64,000 nt of DNA from Chloroflexota bacterium (GTDB lineage Bacteria; Chloroflexota; Dehalococcoidia; Lucifugimonadales; UBA3495), in the NCBI GenBank assembly GCA_027623675.1, contig JAQBVF010000005.1, positions 74,236-138,235 on the forward strand, written 5' to 3'. This document shows, piece after piece, positions 59,815 to 64,000 of the stretch (position 1 is the stretch's first letter; each line of letters opens with the position of its first letter). Below the pieces are notes generated by a model, which had not been told where the DNA came from, did no database searches, and saw nothing but the letters and a program-made list of their open reading frames with translations. The translations under genes and the position numbers were made by a program.

Positions 59815-59838
59815 GCGTCGCGTTCTCAGCCCAAAAGG

Positions 59839-60054
59839 ATGAATGTGATCGTGAGCAATCAGAATAATATCTTCGACGTAGCGGTCATCGGCGGTGGCCT
59901 CGCAGGAATGCAGGCAACGCTGGTTCTGGCCCGCACCCGCAAGAAAATCGTGGTGTTCGATGATCCCCAGCCTCCCCGTAACGCCGCCTCTCACGGCGTG
60001 CACAACTTCCTGGGGCTTGATGGGCTATCGAATCGGCGAATGCGGGGGGCATGA
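59839..60054 (+). pseudogene. truncated thioredoxin-reductase-like NAD(P)/FAD oxidoreductase
   Basis: DVAVIGGGLAG, PRN...HNFLGLDG, then similarity stops at about 60030. Confidence 0.8.
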
Positions 60055-60237
60055 CGGCGTTCTATATCGTTCACGGATGGTATGGCGAGCCCAGATCAGA
60101 TCCACGAACCGCAGTCCGAGTTCGTTTACCGGAATCATAGTCTTGATCTTGGGGGTCACCTCAGGCCGAACGATCGCCATCCATTGCCGCGGCAACCTGC
60201 CCAGGTTCGAGCCCGTCTCCGAACACCATCGATCCCG

Positions 60238-61026
60238 TCAGTAAGTTGACTCTTCCGGGCAGGTTAACGCCTGCCGGAACTCCTCCCACAGGCCGCCGCT
60301 CGAGTCGGTTCCTGCGCCGTCAGGGGTATCCCCCCAGCCGTCAAAGTGGACCAGACTTTCCAGGTCGAGCCGGTCGCGCCAGCCGGCCGTCTGCAAGATC
60401 GGGTTGGGTGGGAACTCTACCGGGTATCCCAGGCACAGGTACGCCACCGGGACGACGTGGAGGGGAACGCCCAATATCTGCCGCAGTTGGGGCTGCTTCA
60501 AGATGCTGACCCAGCCCACGCCCACGCCCTCCGACCGGGCCGCCAGCCACAGGTTCTGCACCGCGCAACAGGTGGAATACAGGTCGGTTTCCTGAATCGA
60601 ATTGCGGCCCAGCACCACCTCGGCCCTGGTCGGGTCGCAGGTGACGCAGACGTTGACCGGCGATTCAAGAATCCCCTCCAGCTTTAGCGACAGGTAGTGG
60701 GACCGCCGCGGTTCGTCGAAGAAGCTGGACGCCGCCTGGCGCTCTCGGTCGAATAGGTCTTTGACCTTCCGGCGAATGGCGGTGTCTTGCACCATGATGA
60801 AATCCCACGGCTGCATGAACCCCACCGACGGCCCATGATGGGCGGCGCGGATGATTCTCGCTAATACCTCCGCCGGTATCGGGTCGCTCTTGAACGTCCT
60901 TATGTCTCGGCGGGAGTAGATCGCCCGGTATAACCCGCGCTGTTCTTCGGGGGTGAAAGCTCCGGATTGGCTGGCCGGAACAGACCGGACCGGGGCGCCT
61001 GATGGGACCGGCGAATCTGGTGACAT
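60238..61026 (-). CDS. bluB: 5,6-dimethylbenzimidazole synthase
   Basis: RRDIR.F, PSVGFMQPWDF, LKLEGI, CAVQNLWLAARSEGVGVGWVSI; cobalamin riboswitch upstream. Confidence 0.93.
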   Translation of the reverse strand: MSPDSPVPSGAPVRSVPASQSGAFTPEEQRGLYRAIYSRRDIRTFKSDPIPAEVLARIIRAAHHGPSVGFMQPWDFIMVQDTAIRRKVKDLFDRERQAASSFFDEPRRSHYLSLKLEGILESPVNVCVTCDPTRAEVVLGRNSIQETDLYSTCCAVQNLWLAARSEGVGVGWVSILKQPQLRQILGVPLHVVPVAYLCLGYPVEFPPNPILQTAGWRDRLDLESLVHFDGWGDTPDGAGTDSSGGLWEEFRQALTCPEESTY

Positions 61027-61070
61027 ATCTCTGTACTCCTATATATCCGGCTGCTAGGGATGTTGGGCCG

Positions 61071-61104
61071 AAAAAAAGCCCCCGTCCTCAAAGGACGGGG
61101 GCTT
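61071..61104 (-). terminator. riboswitch expression-platform terminator
   Basis: AAGCCCCCGTCCT-TTG-AGGACGGGGGCTTTTTTT on the minus strand. Confidence 0.88.
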
Positions 61105-61147
61105 ATGCATGCACATCTGCCCGCTCAATCCACGAAGCGGCGAGTCA

Positions 61148-61320
61148 TGTGCGGCAGGTCTCCTGACTTGTGGATCGTAACCATCCGGCGCCTTCCCGCC
61201 CCATTTCCCGGGACAGTGACTGGCCATGGCCCTGCCGGAAGGCTCCCCACTCACAGTGGCGGGCCCGTGCCGGAATCTCACCGGCTTTCCTATTCTTCCC
61301 GATGCAATCTCCACCTGATG
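61148..61320 (-). promoter_or_regulatory. cobalamin (B12) riboswitch
   Basis: minus strand AGGT...AATAGGAAAGCCGGTGAGATTCCGGCACGGGCCCGCCACTGTGA...GTCACTG...GGGAAGG...AGTCAGGAGACCTGCC (B12 box). Confidence 0.95.
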
Positions 61321-62078
61321 GTGAAAGATATCATCGAGACACCGCACGCTATTCTGTTTCCGTTGGCAACGTTAGGCTATGGCCGCCTGAAAGTCAACGG
61401 CCACGACTGGTTTAACGCCTCAGGAATCGTTGCAGACCCGGCATCCAGGACTGGAGCCGTTCGAGTTATAAGCTCGAGTCATAAGATGGTGGGTAACTTA
61501 TCGATCAACCGGGCAACAGGTGTGTGGGTATCCCCATGCGCTCATGCGAATACCCGCCAGACTCCCTCCGATTATGTCAAGCCTCGATCCTCCGTATCCA
61601 GGCATGAAGTAGTCCTTTAGGGCCACTGGACCTGCCCCCTTGGGCCAATGGTGCGGGACCGTTAGCCCTAAGCCATTGGACCACCCGGAGCTTGGAGCTG
61701 TTACGGCAAATTGGAACAATGTAGCAACTCGGAAGGCTCCGTGGACGGACCGTACGAAGCGCTAGATTCATATTCATCAACGGTCAGCCAACGCGGGGCG
61801 GCGCCGGGTAGATCTGATGACGGCCCTTGATGGGCAGGGACCCGCGATAGCAGTTTCGGCGCCTTGTGTTTGGTCCTGATGTGGCCGAGTCTTGCGGCTC
61901 GGCGTGGAAATACGATGATGGCTATTGCCGAGCAAGATTGAAAAGGCGGTTCATGCCATTTCAACCTGCGGGTGGGTCGACCAAACCGGGCCCCAGATCG
62001 CGGACCGGGAAGCTAAGGGTGGCGCCGGTAAGATTGTTAAGCTTGCCAGGGTCTTTAGGGTGCATGTTGTCCTTGGTT

Positions 62079-63038
62079 CTACTTGGTTGTTGTCGCCTTC
62101 TTGCGCTTGGTCGTCCTCTTGAGGGTGGCGGGCTTCCGGTCTTCGGCCAGGGCAGCGTCCACCGCCTTGGAGGCGGCTTCCTGCATGCTCCGTAGTTCTT
62201 CCAAAGCTCCCAACGCTTTCGCGGAGTCGCGGGACTCTTGGGCCGGCTCCGTGCCTAGCCCGCCCGTGACGGTGGCCCGGTCGGTCTGACCTTGGTCTTC
62301 TGACGGAACGTTCCCCTGGCCGGTCACCGGGGCCGCCGGCACCCGCTCTGACGTTTGATTATTGTTCTTCACCGGCTGGGTGTACGGGGCCGGCGCTTCA
62401 GGTTCCTTATACGGCGCGGGCTTCAACAAAGCCGAGGTGCGGGCGTCGCCCAGCCGGTTCCGGGCCTGGTCGAGTGTGTCCTGAGAGGCCGCTTTGAACC
62501 TGGCTGCTTCGGCGTAGATCTTCTGGGCTTCAAGTTCTTCCAAGGCCGCGGCGCGCATCAATTGGGCCTGGGCCATCAGCTTCTCAGCTTCGATGGAAGC
62601 ACGTTTCTTCAACTCCGCGCATTCCCGTTCGGCCGATGCGCGGGCACGCTCTATGTGCTCGGCGGACTGCCGCTTGGAATCCTCGATCAAAGCCTCGCGG
62701 TATTCTTCGGCTTCCAGGCGAATCTCAGCGGCGCGCTCCCGCTCTTCGTGAGCCTCAACGTGCTTGCGGTCCGCTTCCGATTCCAGGTACCGGGCTTTTT
62801 CCAGGGTGCGCTCGGTGTCGGCGATAAGCTCTCCGCACACCGTTTTCGCCGCCTCTAGAATCTCGTTCGCGATGTTCTGGCGGGCGTATTCAGCCTCACT
62901 CTTGGTCAGCTTCGCCGCTTCCAGGCTGTCGTTGCCGTCCTTCGCGTCGGGCCGGGATTGCTCCCAGGGGTCCAGGGTCATGGAATGAGCGGCGGACCCG
63001 CTCGGTGAGGCGCCATTTTTTTCGTTCGTGGAAGTCAA
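62079..63038 (-). CDS. coiled-coil hypothetical protein (DivIVA/Scy-like composition) with basic tail
   Basis: long A/E/R-rich heptad region; GGGGGAG RBS before TTG. Confidence 0.75.
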   Translation of the reverse strand: MTSTNEKNGASPSGSAAHSMTLDPWEQSRPDAKDGNDSLEAAKLTKSEAEYARQNIANEILEAAKTVCGELIADTERTLEKARYLESEADRKHVEAHEERERAAEIRLEAEEYREALIEDSKRQSAEHIERARASAERECAELKKRASIEAEKLMAQAQLMRAAALEELEAQKIYAEAARFKAASQDTLDQARNRLGDARTSALLKPAPYKEPEAPAPYTQPVKNNNQTSERVPAAPVTGQGNVPSEDQGQTDRATVTGGLGTEPAQESRDSAKALGALEELRSMQEAASKAVDAALAEDRKPATLKRTTKRKKATTTK

Positions 63039-63521
63039 TTTCTCCCCCCTTTGGGCTTTGCTTACGGTGGGTCTAACCACATGGATCGAATCGCAACTTG
63101 GTCAGGAACTCATTCTGGCAATCGCAGGCATAAAAGCTAAGCTCTAAGCGGTCCGGATAAGCCGGGGCGAAAGGGCCGTGCACGGGCACTGCGAAGGGCA
63201 GGCGGATGGACCTGGAAGTCCCCGGAAATGGGCCAATAGGGCCAGACAGATATGTGCTGATCCCAGTCGGTACGGCTGTGCAGATAGGATCCAAAAAGAG
63301 GAAGAGATTCATCAGACGCAAAAAGCCCCCGATAGCCCTTGGGTAGGGGATCGGAGGGAGTGTTCTGCATTCACGCCTCTGGAGGGGGCGGATCACCCGT
63401 TCAGCGCACGGCCACAGCCGGGTCACGCTGGATGAGACACCAGAATCGTTACATTGCTTTTAACCCGGGTTTAGGGTTTAACATAGCTAGTAACCAGATT
63501 GGTTTAGGGGCCAGCGGCCGA

Positions 63522-63710
63522 ATGAAAACACGATTACTCACGATAATTTCGATCGGCATCACCATCGGCTTCCTCTTGGGGATGGGAGTCGTGGCCATGC
63601 TGCGGGCGGCGCTGGTGGGGGATACCCCGGAACTGGAGATTGCCTTCACGTTGATGGTCGTGATGATGGGTGGATCGCTGGTGGTCTACGTTTTCAAAAC
63701 TGCCAGATAA
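63522..63710 (+). CDS. small two-TM membrane protein
   Basis: MKTRLLTIISIGITIGFLLG...FTLMVVMMGGSLVVYVF. Confidence 0.55.
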   Translation: MKTRLLTIISIGITIGFLLGMGVVAMLRAALVGDTPELEIAFTLMVVMMGGSLVVYVFKTAR

Positions 63711-64000
63711 GCCGGACCCAACGCCCCGGCAAGCCGGTTTTTCTCACCAGGTCCTGCTCTTAATCCCTATTCGCTTGCAAGCGGCGATCTCGGCGGTTTG
63801 ATGGCGCGCGTAGATCTATTCGGCCTGGAATCATGCCTGTATCAAACGTGCGGCCAATGTAGAGACTAAGCTAGTGGTGGGTTCCGGCGAGGCGGGTTGG
63901 TACTGGAGAACAAGGACAACTCGACCACCTTAGCCGGTTTCCGTGATCAATGAAGGACATCGGTCAAAAGTAGAGGGAGCCGTGGGGTTGCCGGAGAAAC

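Noticed and set aside
61330..62070. ORFs or ncRNA in the long spacer upstream of the riboswitch
   Set aside because: No ORF with credible motifs or RBS, and no RNA family I can recognise
61561..63361. 12-bp inverted repeat ACTCCCTCCGAT flanking the coiled-coil gene
   Set aside because: A match of this length is compatible with chance; no transposase or invertase is present

Overview
GC-rich bacterial chromosome segment. Gene content points to a Dehalococcoidia/SAR202-like Chloroflexota genome (inference, no marker gene seen): several luciferase-like monooxygenases, an F420-type nitroreductase, an MftG-like GMC oxidoreductase, tandem amidohydrolases and archaeal-type ApgM. A conserved core block at about 19.5-38.6 kb holds purS/C/B/E/D, guaA, tsaC, a prenyltransferase-like gene, pgk, apgM, tpiA, miaA, dapF, dapL and hflX. 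It is flanked by catabolic and accessory regions, five tRNAs, two toxin-antitoxin-like modules and a cobalamin riboswitch-bluB unit. The most notable signal is an MFS transporter (14663-15958, minus) whose two annotated ORFs are one reading frame interrupted by a single UGA. That UGA sits at a position where this MFS type usually has Cys and is followed immediately by a bacterial-SECIS-like hairpin. This makes it a candidate selenocysteine-containing MFS transporter, located next to a rhodanese and a sulfite-oxidase-family gene. Other observations: duplicated gene 3' ends differing at synonymous sites, a prenyltransferase lacking both DDxxD motifs, tRNA-Arg(GCG), an in-frame UAG in an acyl-CoA synthetase, and several apparent frameshifts that may be assembly errors. 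All product calls come from motif recognition by eye; no searches were run.
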